Part shown: one piece after another, positions 11,229 to 24,805 of the stretch
How positions within the stretch are numbered: the first letter of the stretch is position 1
Layout: each line of letters starts with the position of its first letter
Assembly: GCA_951406725.2 (NCBI GenBank)
Contig: OX597824.1
Coordinates: forward strand, 38,812,001 to 38,876,000
Length of the DNA: 64,000 nucleotides
DNA from: Octopus vulgaris
Taxonomy: Eukaryota
Reading direction: 5' to 3'
Position numbers and translations under genes: made by a program
Notes under the pieces: model-generated
The model's database searches: none
The model's input: the letters and a program-made list of their open reading frames with translations, nothing else
Told to the model about the DNA's origin: nothing

Positions 11229-13096
11229 GTGTGTGTGTTTGTGTGAATATATATATATATTATACCCTCAAACCGACCAAAGCGTTGTGAGTGGGTTTCG
11301 TACACGGAAACTGAAAGAAGACTGTCGTATATATTATATATATTTGTGTGTGTGTGTCCGCGCGCGTGTATTTGTACTCCCAGGGTAACTTCACAACCGA
11401 TGTTGCTGTGCTTACGTTCCCATAATTTAGCCATTCGGCAAAAGACACTGATAGAATATGTACTAGGCTTACAAAGAATGGATTCTGTGGTCGAATTTTT
11501 TCGACAAACAGCGGTGCTCCAGCATGACTGAAACAAGTAAAACAATAAAAAAAACTATGCTATTTTATTCCCGAGCGAGCCCGGGTATCTCTGCTTGTAT
11601 ATATATATATATATATATATATTTTTTATCTCTAATCTTTTGATTCAGTCATTTGACTGTGACAATGCTGTGACATCGCCTTAAAGGGTTTTAATCGAAC
11701 ACATCGACTCCAGGACCTTTTTAACGCCGATCGATTTCTTTTGCCGAACCGCTAAGTTATAAGGACGTAAACACACCAACACTGGTGGTCAAGCAGTGGT
11801 GGTGGGGGGGGGGGGTACAAGCACAAAGACACAAAGATAGACACATATACGACAGGTTTCTTTTAGTTTCCGTCTCCCAAATCCACTTACAAGGTTTTGG
11901 TCAGTACGAGTCTATAGAAATGGTTTCAGGTTCAGTCCCACTGCTTGGCAACTAAATAAGCTATATAATGAAAGGTAGAGATAGTTTTTACCAGTCATTA
12001 TAGAGCTAAATTAAATATCTTTCTCAAGTCTTGTCAAATTGTTTACCTTTCCTCTCTACTTTAACCTATACCTACTGACTCAAGGAGAAGTCACTTCTAG
12101 CTGCTTTGTATAAGGCTGTTACAAAACCACAACTTCATCTGCCATTCAAACCGGAATTTTAGTGGGATATCTATTAGAACAATCATAATTCATACCAATT
12201 AGTTTTATATATATATGTGTGTTTGTTTGTGTGTGTGTTTATGTGCGTGTGTGTATGAATGTATGTGTGTATGCCTTTGTCTCGCACCCCCGCCGCAGGT
12301 TTACGTTCCTATAACTTATCGGTTCGGTAAAAGAGATCAACAGAACAAGTAAAATATTCTAAATATATATAAGTGATTAGGTTGATTTGTTTCCCCAAAA
12401 GCTTGAAGATGTGCCCTAGCATGGCCACAATCCAGTGACTGAAACAAGTAAAAAGATAAGTTGATAACTAACCTAGCATTAATATTCTACAATCTGTTTC
12501 GGGGTCGATAGAATAAGTACCAGTTCAGTACTGAAGTCGATTTAATCAACTAAAACCATTCCACCAAACTGCTGGCCTTGTGCCAAAATTTGAAACCAAT
12601 CTAAAGGCGGAGAGCTGGCAGAACCGTTAGCACTCCAAGGATGGGCAAAATACTCAGCAGTATTTCGTCCGTACTGAGTTCAAATTCCACCGAGGTCGAC
12701 TTTGCCTTTTATCCTTCGGGTTCGATAAAAAGTACCAGTTGTGAACTAGGGTCGATTTAATCGACTAAGCCCCTCCTAGAAATTGCTGGCCTTGTACTGA
12801 AATTTGAAACCAGTGCTTCACAATATATTGTTCTATCTTGGTGAATATATTTAATCTTTTTCTTATATTTTTCGTAACGTTCAATCAAGTTGAAATATCA
12901 AGCATGGCTGTAATGTAAAGACGTTTGTTTTACACATCTACGTGGTCACAGGTTGAATCTCACAGAGCAGTACCTCTGGCAAGTGTCTCCCAGGATAGCT
13001 CCGAGCCGACCAATGACTAGTGAATGAATTTGATGGACAAAAACTGTACGGAACCCCTTTCTGTGTGCACGCGCGTGCGTGTGAGAAGAGAGATAG

Positions 13097-13155
<59 letters not shown>

Positions 13156-13878
13156 GAGATTTTGTTTGATTGATAGATAAATAGACAGACAGCTAAATAT
13201 ATATATATATATATGCACGCGTGTATTTGTGTGTGTCTCAATGTTTTTCTTCACAATCAGCGGTGGTTTGTGCATGCCACTGTAACTCAGCGCTTCGTTC
13301 TATAAGACCGATAGAATAAGTAGAAGGCTAAATAAAAAAAAAAAACAAAAAGAAAAAAGAAATCAGTGGGATGATTTGTTCGACTAAACTCTTGAAGGCG
13401 TTGCCCCAGTATGGCCATAGTCCAATGAGTGAAACAAGTAGACAAATAAAAGAATAGGAACAGTGAATATATTTCTATGTATGAAATGTAATCGTTATGC
13501 TGTGAAGTGTTGTCTATACTTAATATCCTTTGCTTATAGAAAAGTTAAATCTTTTACAAGGTTTCAGTTTTCTGTTGTATTTTCAAGTTCTTCTTGGCCA
13601 ATTTTGCCTATAAGTAACCAATGATATACTAGAGTACTGTTAGACGAATAGTTACAACAATGTTTTTAAAATAAAAGAAAAAAAAACATGGCATTTTCTT
13701 TGAATTATGCAATCGTTATTGTCATTTTAGATTTGTAAAAATTGATGTACAAGATGTTATTTGCATCGATAAACTTCATCAGATAGGCAGAATCCTTTAA
13801 GAGTGCTGGACAAAATATTTTGTGATATTCAATTATGGAATTCTATTTCCTGTGTTCAAACCCTGCCAATATCAACTA

Positions 13879-14209
13879 AAAAAAAAAGACTCCGCCGGTT
13901 ACGACGACGAGGGTCCCAGCTGATACGATCAACGGAACAGCTTGCTCGTGAAATTAACGTGAAAATGGCTGAGCATTCCACAGACACGTGTACCCTTAAC
14001 GTAGTTCTCGGGGATAATCAGCGTGACACAGAGAGTGACAAGGCTGACCCTTTGAAATACAAGTACAAATCATTTTTGCCAGCTGAGTGGACTGGAGCAA
14101 CGTGAAATAAAGTGTCTTGCTCAAGGACACAACGCGTCGCCGGGAATCGAACTCACAACCTTACGATCATGAGCCGAATGCCCTAACCACTAAGCCACGC
14201 GCCCTCACA
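13879..14209 (-). mobile_element. Full-length tRNA-derived SINE (family C) with 13-bp TSD
   Basis: Minus strand head gcgcgtggcttagtggttagg (A box) and gagttcgattccc (B box), then gtgtccttgagcaagacac. Flanked by ccaatatcaacta at 13866-13878 and 14210-14222. Confidence 0.9.
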
Positions 14210-14642
14210 CCAATATCAACTACGCTTGTTATCATTCCGAGGTCAGTGAAATAAAATTCTCGCCAAGTACTGGGATACATTTAATATTCCTATAAAATAT
14301 CTTCGATGGGAATGGAATTATAATAGCAAAAAAAAAAATATTTCCATCCTTATTTACTCCTTCTTTCTCCCCTTTCTCTCCTCCCTCTCTTTCTTGTTAT
14401 TGCTTTTCCTTCCGATCTCTCTTTTTAAATTTTTGTATGACTTCTTTATTTTTTAATTTCTTTGTATTTATTTCCCCCTTTATCACCATCTTTATATCTG
14501 TTTCTCTTTTTTCATGTCTCATTCTTTGCCTTATAAAACTTTTGCCCATTCTCACACAAAGCTTGGTCGCTATGTAACCCTTTCTTTTTTTTTATATTTC
14601 GTTTTCTTCTTTTATTGCATTCACAGTCCCCCCCAACACATT

Positions 14643-14685
<43 letters not shown>

Positions 14686-15010
14686 CATACATATACACAT
14701 ATATGCACATACACATACATGCATACGCATACATACACACACACATACACGTATACACAGACATAGAGTTTCTTATTTCACTGTTTCATATGTTCACGGT
14801 CTTTATATGTAATTTTAAACTCCAGATGCATGGCATGGCTGCAAACACACACACAAAAAAAGACATACTCGCAGAAACTTTCAAGTACATTGGCATTTTC
14901 TCCTTTAGATTTGCTTCACAAAGACAATAAACAATATATATACATATATACACAAAAAAAACTATCAAAGAAAAAGGAAAAGACATGAGAAATACAAGTC
15001 AAGTACTTAC

Positions 15011-15172
15011 CTAAATCAGACAGTCTCATTAATTTGTTAATCAAATCCACGTTGATTGTCATCATAAATAGCTGATAATTAATAATAAAGACCAACTTAA
15101 GTGTAATTAATTGCGAAAAGTTCTTCTTTACCATCAAGTTGGTCAACTGAAAGCTGTTTGCCATGAGTTGAT
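15011..15172 (-). CDS. Candidate host coding exon (product unknown; contains a hydrophobic segment)
   Basis: Minus strand acceptor tttcatatcag| and consensus donor AG|GTAAGT bracket an open frame MANSFQLTNLMVKKNFSQLITLKLVFIINYQLFMMTINVDLINKLMRLSDL in locally repeat-poor DNA. No homology recognised. Confidence 0.3.
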
Positions 15173-16726
15173 CTGATATGAAACTCGAACTTGCGGCTTT
15201 TCAACTATGGGATACTACAAACATTTCTAACGTAATGACTTATTTTTAGGCCAGCACCCTTACTAAGGGAAGTACGCTCACTGTTTCTAACCATCCTTTA
15301 TTCCTCTCACTCACTCATTTAAACCATACTTCCTCCCTACCCCCAGATATTTCCTCCACAATCCCTCTCCACCCTTGCGTTCTTCCAGTACGCCCTTTCT
15401 ATTTCAACATTCACCTTTCTTTCTATCAATATCTATTTCTCTTTCTATCCCTCTTCTTCTTCTTCTTCTTCTTCTTCTTCTTCTTCTTCTTCTTCTTCTT
15501 CTTCTTCTTTCATACACTACCCCCTTATAAACACAGAACTAAACCACCCCTCTACACACAAACATTCTTCCCTTTGAACTTCAGAATGAAAACATGCCTT
15601 ACTTGTAACAACAGATGTTGAAGTTATATGTGCAGTGAGTTATCTGCCCGTATTAGTCAACAACAATTATTATGTATTCAGTTGCTCAAGAAGAAAAAAA
15701 ACAAATAGTAATAATAATAAATAATAATAAATAATAATAAATAATAATGAAAACAGCACAAAGCAAAACGAATCGAAACACGAAATTGTCGCCTCTGTTT
15801 TGTTTTATAACTTTTTTTATAACCATTGTCTTCATATTGGTAACAATTTTAGTATCTCTTTTAGTATCTCTTTTAGTATCTCTTTCGGAAATGGATATAA
15901 GAATTTGCATTTTGCGAATTTATTTATCCCTTTCTTCTCCTCCTCCTCTTCTCCTTTTTCTATTCCCCTCTACTTCCCTCCTACGCTTGTTGTTATTGTC
16001 AACAATCATCTAAGAAGCATTAAAAAAAAGAAGCGTATTTTTGTTTTGTTTTTTTTTTCTTTTTTTCGTTTTTTTTTTTTACATAGCATTTTGACCTTAT
16101 TGACATTTTTATGTAAGCACAATTTAAATCTGCTGAAATTCTAAAGTTGAGATTTAGAAAAATATCGTGTCGGCTGTCTGTGTTTTACGCCAATTCCACA
16201 TGAAAGGGGAGGAAACGGCAAAAAAAAATGTAAATAACTATAACAGATTCTCTATAATAATTCATGTAGGCTTACAAGCTTGTCATCATTTTGTTGAGGT
16301 GAATGACACCGCTTGTTTGCAACGTTGTCCATTATTGCACAATGTTCCCCTCCTAATTGCAGCTGGCGGGTTAAAAATGCAACGGGGGAGTATCAATGTA
16401 GGTGTATTTGTTAGAATGAACGAGACAACGAATCCAAAGCGTAATCTTAAAAATCTTCGTTCTATAGGTTAAATTCAAAACAGTAATACTTTCTAAAATT
16501 CACGCGCAAGCAGGGCGGCGAGTTGGAAGTATCATTATCCCACCGGTCAAAATGATCAGCGGCATTTCATCTGTCGATTGCATCGACCATCAGAAGTTCA
16601 CTAGTACTTTATGTTATCAACCCTAGAGAGACGAAAAACAAAACTGACCTCAGTGGGACTTGAATCCAGAAAGTAAAGAGCTGGAAGAAATAGCTGAAAG
16701 CGTTTAGTCAGCTCGCTACTTTTGTA

Positions 16727-17173
16727 CACATGTTGATATCAATTCATTTTAATTTTGGCAAAAGGTCTGCAATTTTGAGAGAAGGAGGAATTCGGCCACA
16801 TTGATTGCAGTACGCGACTGGTGCTTATTTTACCGCCCTCGAAAGAATGAAAGGCAAAGTTGACCTCTGCTGGATCTGAACTCCGAATGTAAAGAGCCAG
16901 AATAAATTCCAGTAAGCATTTTGTCTGATGTGCCAACGATTCAGCCAGCACATGTTGATATCAATTCATTTTAATTTTGGCAAAAGGTCTGCAATTTTGA
17001 GAGAAGGAGGAATTCGGCCACATTGATTGCATTACGTGACTGGTGCTTATTTTACCGCCCTCGAAAGGATGAAAGGCAAAGTTGACCTCTGCTGGATCTG
17101 AACTCCGAATGTAAAGAGCCAGAATAAATTCCAGTAAGCATTTTGTCTGGTGTGCTAACGATTCAGTCAGCAC
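16727..17173. repeat. 222-bp direct tandem duplication of a SINE-B-derived unit
   Basis: cacatgttgatatcaattcattttaattttggc starts at 16727 and 16949, and the units are nearly identical. Confidence 0.9.
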
Positions 17174-17825
17174 AACACCTTTAATAATCTTTTCTAATTG
17201 AGACACAAGACCTGCAATTGTGAGGGAGGGGTACACGATTACATGCGATTCCTGTGCTTAACTGGTACTTGTTTTATCGACATCGAGAGAATGAAAGGCA
17301 AAATCAAACTTGGTGGCATTCGAACTCAGAACAAAAAGAACTGGAAAATATGCGACTAAGCATTTTGCGTGACGCGCTAGCGATTCTACCAGCTCATTGT
17401 CTTCGTTCTCTTACTCATAATCTTTTCTGCTTTCTGCTATCGGCACAAGGCTTGAAATGTTTTGCGGAAGGGGACTGGTCGATTAAGTCAACCCTGTATT
17501 TTGATGGGATGGGTTAATTCGATTGCATCGATCCCAATATTTAAATGGCACTTTTTTTTCTGTCGATCCCGGAAGGAAAATGGGCTCAGTTGACTTCAGC
17601 AATATTTGAACTCATAACGTAAAAACCCACAGAAAATAGTGAAAAGCGTTTTCTGATGCTCTAGCGATTCTGCCAGCTCGTCATCTTAGACAATTCTAAT
17701 ATTTCTTTCTTTCTACTTTTGGCATTAGATAGCGGGGCGGCTGTGTGGAAAGTAGCTTCCTTACGAACCACATGGTTCCGGGTTCAGTCCCACTGCGTGG
17801 CACTTTGGGCAAGTGTCCTACTATA

Positions 17826-18057
17826 TATTTCTTTACTACCCACAAAGGGCTGAACACAGAGGGGACAAACAAGGACAGACAAAGGGATTAAGTCGATTAC
17901 ATAGACTCCAGTGCGTAACTGGTACTTAATTTATCGACCCCGAAAGGATGAAAGGCAAAGTCGACCTCGGCGGAATTTGAACTTGGAACGTAACGACAGA
18001 CGAAATACGGCAACGCATTTCGCCTGGCGTGCTAACGTTTTTGCCAGCTCACCGCCC
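17826..18057 (-). mobile_element. SINE family B, near full length
   Basis: Head ggcggtgagctggcaaaaacgttagcacgcc, gttcaaattcc B-box-like motif, tail ...cagccctttgtgggtagtaaagaaat. Confidence 0.9.
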
Positions 18058-20027
18058 TTATGAATATAAATACATACGGATCTCCACCATGTGTATGTGT
18101 GTGTGTATATATTTATATATGAGGTACTCGCTTGAATTTCCTAAACCACTATCACACATGTATACACATATATATATAGCTATATATGTGTGTCGTAATA
18201 TACGTATATACGAGTGAGTGGATGAAGGAAAGAAAGAGATTCTCAACATATTTAGTTGGAGTTATAGGCGTAGGAGTGGCTGTGTGGTAAGTATTATAGG
18301 ATTCAGTCCCACTGCGTGGCACCTTGAACCAAGAATGTAAAAACGGACGAAATGCGTCTAAGCATTTTGCTCGATGTGTTAACGATTCTGCCAGTTCTCC
18401 ACCTTAGATAACGGTAATAGTATTTTCAAATTTTAGCACAAGATCAGTAATTTCGGGTGTGAGTTAAGTCGATTACACCGACCCCAGTGCTGAACTGGTA
18501 CTTATTTTATCGATCTCGAAACTATGAAGGAAAAAGTTGACCTCGGAGGAATTTGAACTCAGAATGTAGAGGCAGACGAAATGCCGCTAAGTATTTTGAC
18601 GTGCATGTTAACGATTATGCTAGCTCAAGGCCTTTGATAAAGCCAATAATGGTTTTAAATTTTGACACAAGGCTAACAAGTTCAGGGGAGAGGATAAGTC
18701 GATTAGATTGACCTCAGTAATCAGCTGGTACTTATTTTATCGACCCCGAAAGAACGAAAGGTAAAGTCGACGTCGGCAAAATTTGAAATATAGTGCTAAG
18801 GATAATAATGATTCATAATTTAACATAAGGTCATACATTTTATAAGGAGAGAGAATGAGGGCTATTGATGAGAAGATTTAGTAATAATTAACCCTAGTAA
18901 TGACTGGTAGTCTAACTAAATACAATACGGAATGTTGCCCAATCGACTGTTTCATTACTATCTGTTGGTTACCATTCCTCACAGAAGTGTCAATATCTTT
19001 CGGTAAGGGGCAGAATTTGATCCCATAATCCCTACAGCCGTTATATATGCCACAGCAAGACTTTCTATCTGACTCTAAGGAATATACCCACCCATCACCC
19101 AAGTACTTCTATTTTTTAACCAGTCCCAAATCAATGAAAGGTAAAGTCGACCTCGACTGGATTTGAACTAAGAGCGTGAATGGAATTGAACATCACAAGG
19201 AGTGTTCTCAAATGCTCTATCACTTCTGACATCCACTGGCCTGATTATATTAAACACTATTCTAGCGTTTATTCTGTTTCATGTTCATGTGTTACTCTTT
19301 TTTGCTTCTACCTACGAATCGCTGCGCCTTACGTTAGTGGCTGAGTCCCTACGCCGTCACGTGGAAGCCAATATTGGGAAATAGAGTTTGAATTTAGACT
19401 GCAAGGTATCTTGCCAGATAATCTAATGATTCTGCCAGTCTACTGCTCTGGACTAATAATATATTTATTGACTCCAGAGGGAAGAAAGTTAAAATTGACC
19501 AAGATTAGATTTGAACTCTGAGCACACAAAAAATTAACGTTGTGCACCCTGGTAGACACAATTTTCCGCTTTTGAATGTAATTATTTCTAATTTCATCGC
19601 AAGAGAAGTGTATTAGTCCAGCATTCCCCCCTCAAAAAAAGAAAAAAAATGTGCGCTCCACATTGAACAGACAAAGTTACTTGTGTCTTCGTATTGTCAA
19701 TAAAACTTTGTTGGTACACAGCATTGAATTAAATTAAAATATTTCTCTGAAGATCTTTTATCCGAGTGCATGGGAACAGGGGTATAAAAAAATCGGAGTT
19801 TCGGATCAGGAAGACCAAATAAGTTGGAACTACTCCATTCTGACGGGGATTTTTCCCATTTTTTATTTCACCACATTCTTCGAAATGATGGTGAGCATCT
19901 TTTTATGAAAAAAAAAAATGTTTCGAAAATTTTTGAAATTCCTCACCATCCAACTCCGGACAGATATGGTCATTTTTTTTTATCAACTTAAAGCCAGGGG
20001 GGAAGACTTTACTGTAAAATAATAATG

Positions 20028-20096
<69 letters not shown>

Positions 20097-21245
20097 TGTA
20101 AATGTTTTCAGAGGAAAAAGTGACTTGAGGGAGATTTGGCAGTTATTTCTAGCACACTCCAAGACAACCCTCCATGTTTCTTATTCATTCTCGAATGTAT
20201 TGATGTTCTCGAGATACGTGGTTCCTGAGATACGCAACTTTTTTAGGTACCTTCATAAGTAGCCAAAACGATGCATAATGGGAAAATACTCCAAAAGTAA
20301 CATAACCCAGAAATGAAAATTGTCTCTATTAATTAAATGATTACGTTATATAACAATTCCTTTTGCATTTTTGCACAAGTGTGCACATATGCCATAAATA
20401 AATGCTTTTATTGGAGTTCAAGTTTATCCTGAAAGTTCTATTTCTATTAAATGCTGTAATTAATTAATAAAATCTTAAAACCTGAACTTCTAAACCAGAC
20501 CTATGATGACATGAACGAATTGAAATGTTTAACTGAATCATGAAATTAACTATCATTTTAATGCAATGTTGAAATCAGCTTCAATGTTATATAAACTGAA
20601 CCGTCAGCGACCCAACGGGTTACGGGTAGTCTAGTATATATATAACGCAGTATATATGTATATATGTGTGTGTGTGTTTCTCTGTGTGAATGTGTGTGAG
20701 TGTACCAGGAATTACATGTATGAGTAGATGTGCGACTGCTACTGTTATATTTATAGCTTCACGGAGGTTTTCATAATCCAGTCAGATTTCTATATAGTTA
20801 TGAATTAACTACTATCCTGAGGAGTATTACCAGTTATAAGCTACGGAGCAAATGTAGCGAAATTAAGGATAAACACAAGTTTTGTATTAAACTTCCAACG
20901 CGCAATTATGGCGGTTTGGAGCCTCGCGAAAGATGTTCCGAATGCATGCAGATGCTTAACCACAACTGATTCTAAGGTAACTCCTTTATTGCATCAAGTC
21001 ACAGATAACTATATCATATACCGTATATTTCAAAGTATTTTTAATTAAAACTTTTCTGTAAGTAACATATAATTGCCAACCAAGTGTGGTGGCCTCTACA
21101 GGACAGTGCTACAGAGGTTTATAGCCCCAGGAAGCATCTACTCCAGCTGGCTAACGACACACATTCTGTGTCCGATTAGTATTTGCGAGGGTAGGCCATC
21201 GCTCCCATCTTTAGCCTTACGTGATACTCACGGACTAGAGTTTCT

Positions 21246-21477
21246 TATTTCTTTACTGCTCACAAGGGGCTAAACACGAAGGGAACAAACAAGGACAGAC
21301 AAACAGATTAAGTCGATTACATCGACCCCAGTGCGTAACTGGTACTTAATTTATCGACCGAAAAAGGATGAAAGGTAAAGCCGACCTCGGTGGAATTTAA
21401 ACTCAGAACGTAGCGGCCGACGAAATACGGCTGCGCATTTCGCCCAGCGTGCTAACGTTTTTGCCAGCTCACCGCTT
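21246..21477 (-). mobile_element. SINE family B with 18-bp TSD, inserted in the fold-back element
   Basis: Flanked by tcacggactagagtttct (21228-21245) and tcacagactagagtttct (21478-21495). Confidence 0.9.
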
Positions 21478-21523
21478 TCACAGACTAGAGTTTCTGGGTA
21501 TTTACCCGTTCTCAGCGAGTGCT
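21478..21523 (-). ncRNA. Type I hammerhead motif, damaged copy
   Basis: Minus strand: cactcg CTGAGAA cgggt-aaat-accca GAAA ctctag TC. One core substitution, and disrupted by the SINE insertion. Confidence 0.55.
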
Positions 21524-21725
21524 AACCACAAGATAGTGACGAAAACTCATTCCACTCGCAAAATTCTATATGCTTTTTCCAGCGACAAACTATCGCTGAT
21601 CTCGAAAAAGGAGGAATAAGCTATGTTAAATCTCCGAGCGAGATATAAATAGTAGCAGTACGGAATCATAACATATAATTGCCAAACAAGTGTGGCGTCC
21701 TATACAGGACAGTTAGCATGTGATT

Positions 21726-21774
21726 AACACACGCTGAGGACGGATAACCACCCAGAAAGTCTAGTCCGTGTGTT
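21726..21774 (+). ncRNA. Type I hammerhead ribozyme motif
   Basis: aacacacg CTGAGGA cggataaccaccca GAAA gtctag TC cgtgtgtt: 8-bp stem I, both core boxes intact, GUC triplet. Stems II and III carry mismatches that are repaired in the opposite-arm copy. Confidence 0.75.
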
Positions 21775-22736
21775 TCACGTAAGGCTAGAGACCTCTCCTC
21801 GCATATACTAATCGGACACAGAATGTGTGTCGTTAGCCAGCTGAAGGAGATGTCTCCTTGGGGCTATAAACGTCAGTAGCACTGTTCACTATAGGACGCC
21901 ACACTTGGTTGGTAATTATATGCTACGATTCCGTACTGATACTGTTTATATCTCGCTCAGAGATTTAATATAGCTTTTCTGTAAGTATTATTCATTTATT
22001 ACTTAGTTACACCTCATTCTTGAGTCATCCACGCCCCACCAAAATATTGCGAAGCCCTACCTTGAAAAATCCATTCCAGAAATTTACTTGCATCTTATGA
22101 TGCACCTTCAAGTACTTGGGGCTATTTAATAGACTAACCTTTGAAATCTGAGCACAGAAACAATCCCAAAAACCTAGAAAGGAACCTATTAGCAGGCGTT
22201 ATGTTAGAGACAGTAGACAAATTTTCCTCAACTCACAGCTATCGTCTTTGTTAACGAAAACTACTTTGGATGATATAGTTAAGGGTATAGAATACTGTAA
22301 TAAAACACAGATTGTTATGGTTGAGAGTATTCGGTCAAAGTTTTACTCAATCAAGACAGTACATTGGCTATAAAAACACAATAGAATGTAACAGAGAATA
22401 ATGAACAAAGTATCTTCAACACGTCTATTCAAGTTGCTAGAAAGAGCAACCAAATCTTCATCAAAAGATCTAGCAAAACAAATCACAATTGATAATGTAG
22501 AGTCCTGCATTTCTCATGCTCTGTACCCAGGAAAAGGACGGGATGGTCACTGCTGCAACGTCTTTGACCAGAGGCTTATTCTGCGAGGATTAGCCTGGAA
22601 ACATTATTTGTATGTTTTACAGCTCTTATGTAGCACCTTGGGTAACTTTCTTCTACTGTAGCCACAGGCCAGCCAAAACCCTGTGAGTGGATTTGGTAGA
22701 TGGAAACTGAAAGACGCCCGTCGTACACACACGCAC

Positions 22737-22769
<33 letters not shown>

Positions 22770-22879
22770 TACATACACACACACATACACACACATACAC
22801 ATACACACATTTATGCATGTGTATTTATATAATCATTTCCCGTCAAAGCTTTTATCCTTGTGCCTATTTCAGAGGTCAT

Positions 22880-23660
22880 TATAATGTATTTCCTCCGGCT
22901 ATTTTCGCTTGAGTTCGAATCCCGCCGACATCAACTTCGCCTTTCATCTTTTCGTGGTTTATATACTAAAGTACCAGTCAAGTATTAGGATCGATGGGAT
23001 CAACTAATCCTTTCTCCTCAAAATTGCTGACTCTGTGCCTCTGTCAAAAGGTATTATTATTACAAAGTGGAAAGCTGGCAGAATCATTATCACATCGGAC
23101 AAATCATTTTGCGGCATTTTTGTTGGCTTTTTCGTTCTTAATTCAAATGGCGCTAAGTTCAACTTTGCTTTCACCATTTCGAGATCTATTTCTTTACTAC
23201 ACACAAGGGGCTAAACACAGAAGGGACAAACACGGACAGACAAACGAATTAAGTCGATTGCATCGACCTCAGTGCGTAACCGGTACTTAATTTATCGACC
23301 CCGAAAGGATGAAAGGCAAAGTCGACCTCGGTGTAATTTGAACTCAGAACGTAGCGGCAGACGAAATACCTATTTCTATTTCTTTACCACCCACAAGGGG
23401 CTAAACACAGAGAGGGACAAACAACGACAGACAAACAGATTAAGTCGATTGCATAGACCCCAGTGCGTAACTGGTACTTAATTTATCGACCCCGAAAGGA
23501 TGAAAGGCAAAGTCGACCTCGGCGGAATTTGAACTCAGAACGTAACGGCAGACGAAATACCGCTAAGCATTTCGACCGGCGTGCTAACGATTCTGCTAGC
23601 TCGCCGTGAAATAAATACCATTTAATCGACTAGCCCTTTCTGAAAACTTTTCAGGCCTTG
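22880..23660. mobile_element. Nested/tandem SINE family B copies
   Basis: Two young minus-strand copies in tandem (~23185-23607) sit inside older plus-strand copies. Confidence 0.85.
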
Positions 23661-24105
23661 TGCTTCTAGTAAAAAAACCCCATTATTGCTGGTGTTGTTG
23701 TTGATGATGATGATGACGACGACGACGATGGCGTTACACTGCTTGCTGATATTGTTATCAGTTTACGCGCGTGCGCTCACACACATACATACACAAACAT
23801 TGCGGTTACCTTAACAGGTTAAAGCTGCTTAACTCGTTACAGATGTCTCGCAAAGGACGTTGGAAACGTTGTCTATGAACCATTGAAATATTTCGCCTAA
23901 AATCGTTATGTAGAATTAAAAACAGAAATAACATTTTTTTCTTAAGCAACGCAGTCAATTAAATATCAAAGGATAATTAACAGAGACATAACAAAGAAGG
24001 TCGTCGTCAAATTATCCTGAGGTGTTCCATGTATACACACAGACAGGCACACACACACATATGTTTGGGTATATACGTATATACATGTATATATGTATGT
24101 GTGTG

Positions 24106-24164
<59 letters not shown>

Positions 24165-24476
24165 ATATATGTGTGTGTGTGTATGTGTGTGTGTGTGTAT
24201 ATATATAAACACAATACGTTTTTATGTGCTACCGTTGGCTTTCATGTGCTGCGAATGTAGCAAACATTGTTTTATAACGTCTGGCGTCTTAGCGCAATCA
24301 TCTGACACTGCCATCATGGCATAACTAAGGCGCTGGCTTGGCTGTGTGGTAAGAAACCTACTTTTCAACCAAATGGTCCCGGTTTCAGTCCTACTTCGCG
24401 GTACTTCGACAAGCGTTTTCTGCTATAGCCTCAGGCCGACCAAACCTTGTTAGATGGAAACTGAAAGAAGCCCGTG

Positions 24477-24528
<52 letters not shown>

Positions 24529-24761
24529 TTCGAAACGTTTAGTAGATGAAACCTTAGCGACTGAAGAAGGGGATTTTTCGTTGTGCTTATTGTCCTGTAT
24601 CCCTTTTTTTTTGCTTGTCTTGTTCCTTGGTTTGTGTCTATGTTTTTCGTCTCTCTATGTGTTCGACGTCTTTTTGGTGTCCTGTACACATATATGCGTG
24701 TATATGTACATGTAGAGGTAGGTACGTACATATATGTTTATATATATGCATATATTTTATT

Positions 24762-24805
<44 letters not shown>

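Larger units (their letters stand above)
21065..21973. mobile_element. Complex fold-back element with two opposed hammerheads and 14-bp TSD
   Basis: cttttctgtaagta occurs at 21051-21064 and 21974-21987. 21065-21245 + 21496-21530 is inverted relative to ~21718-21925, and 21618-21713 is inverted relative to ~21880-21976. Confidence 0.8.

Noticed and set aside
13879-14209. tRNA-like heads of SINE families A, B and C as tRNA genes
   Set aside because: A/B boxes are present, but no full cloverleaf was found and they are fused to SINE bodies.
20813-20872. tatc CTGAGGA ... gctac/gtagc GAAA ttaaggata
   Set aside because: No stem III or UH cleavage site, and stem II is offset from the core.
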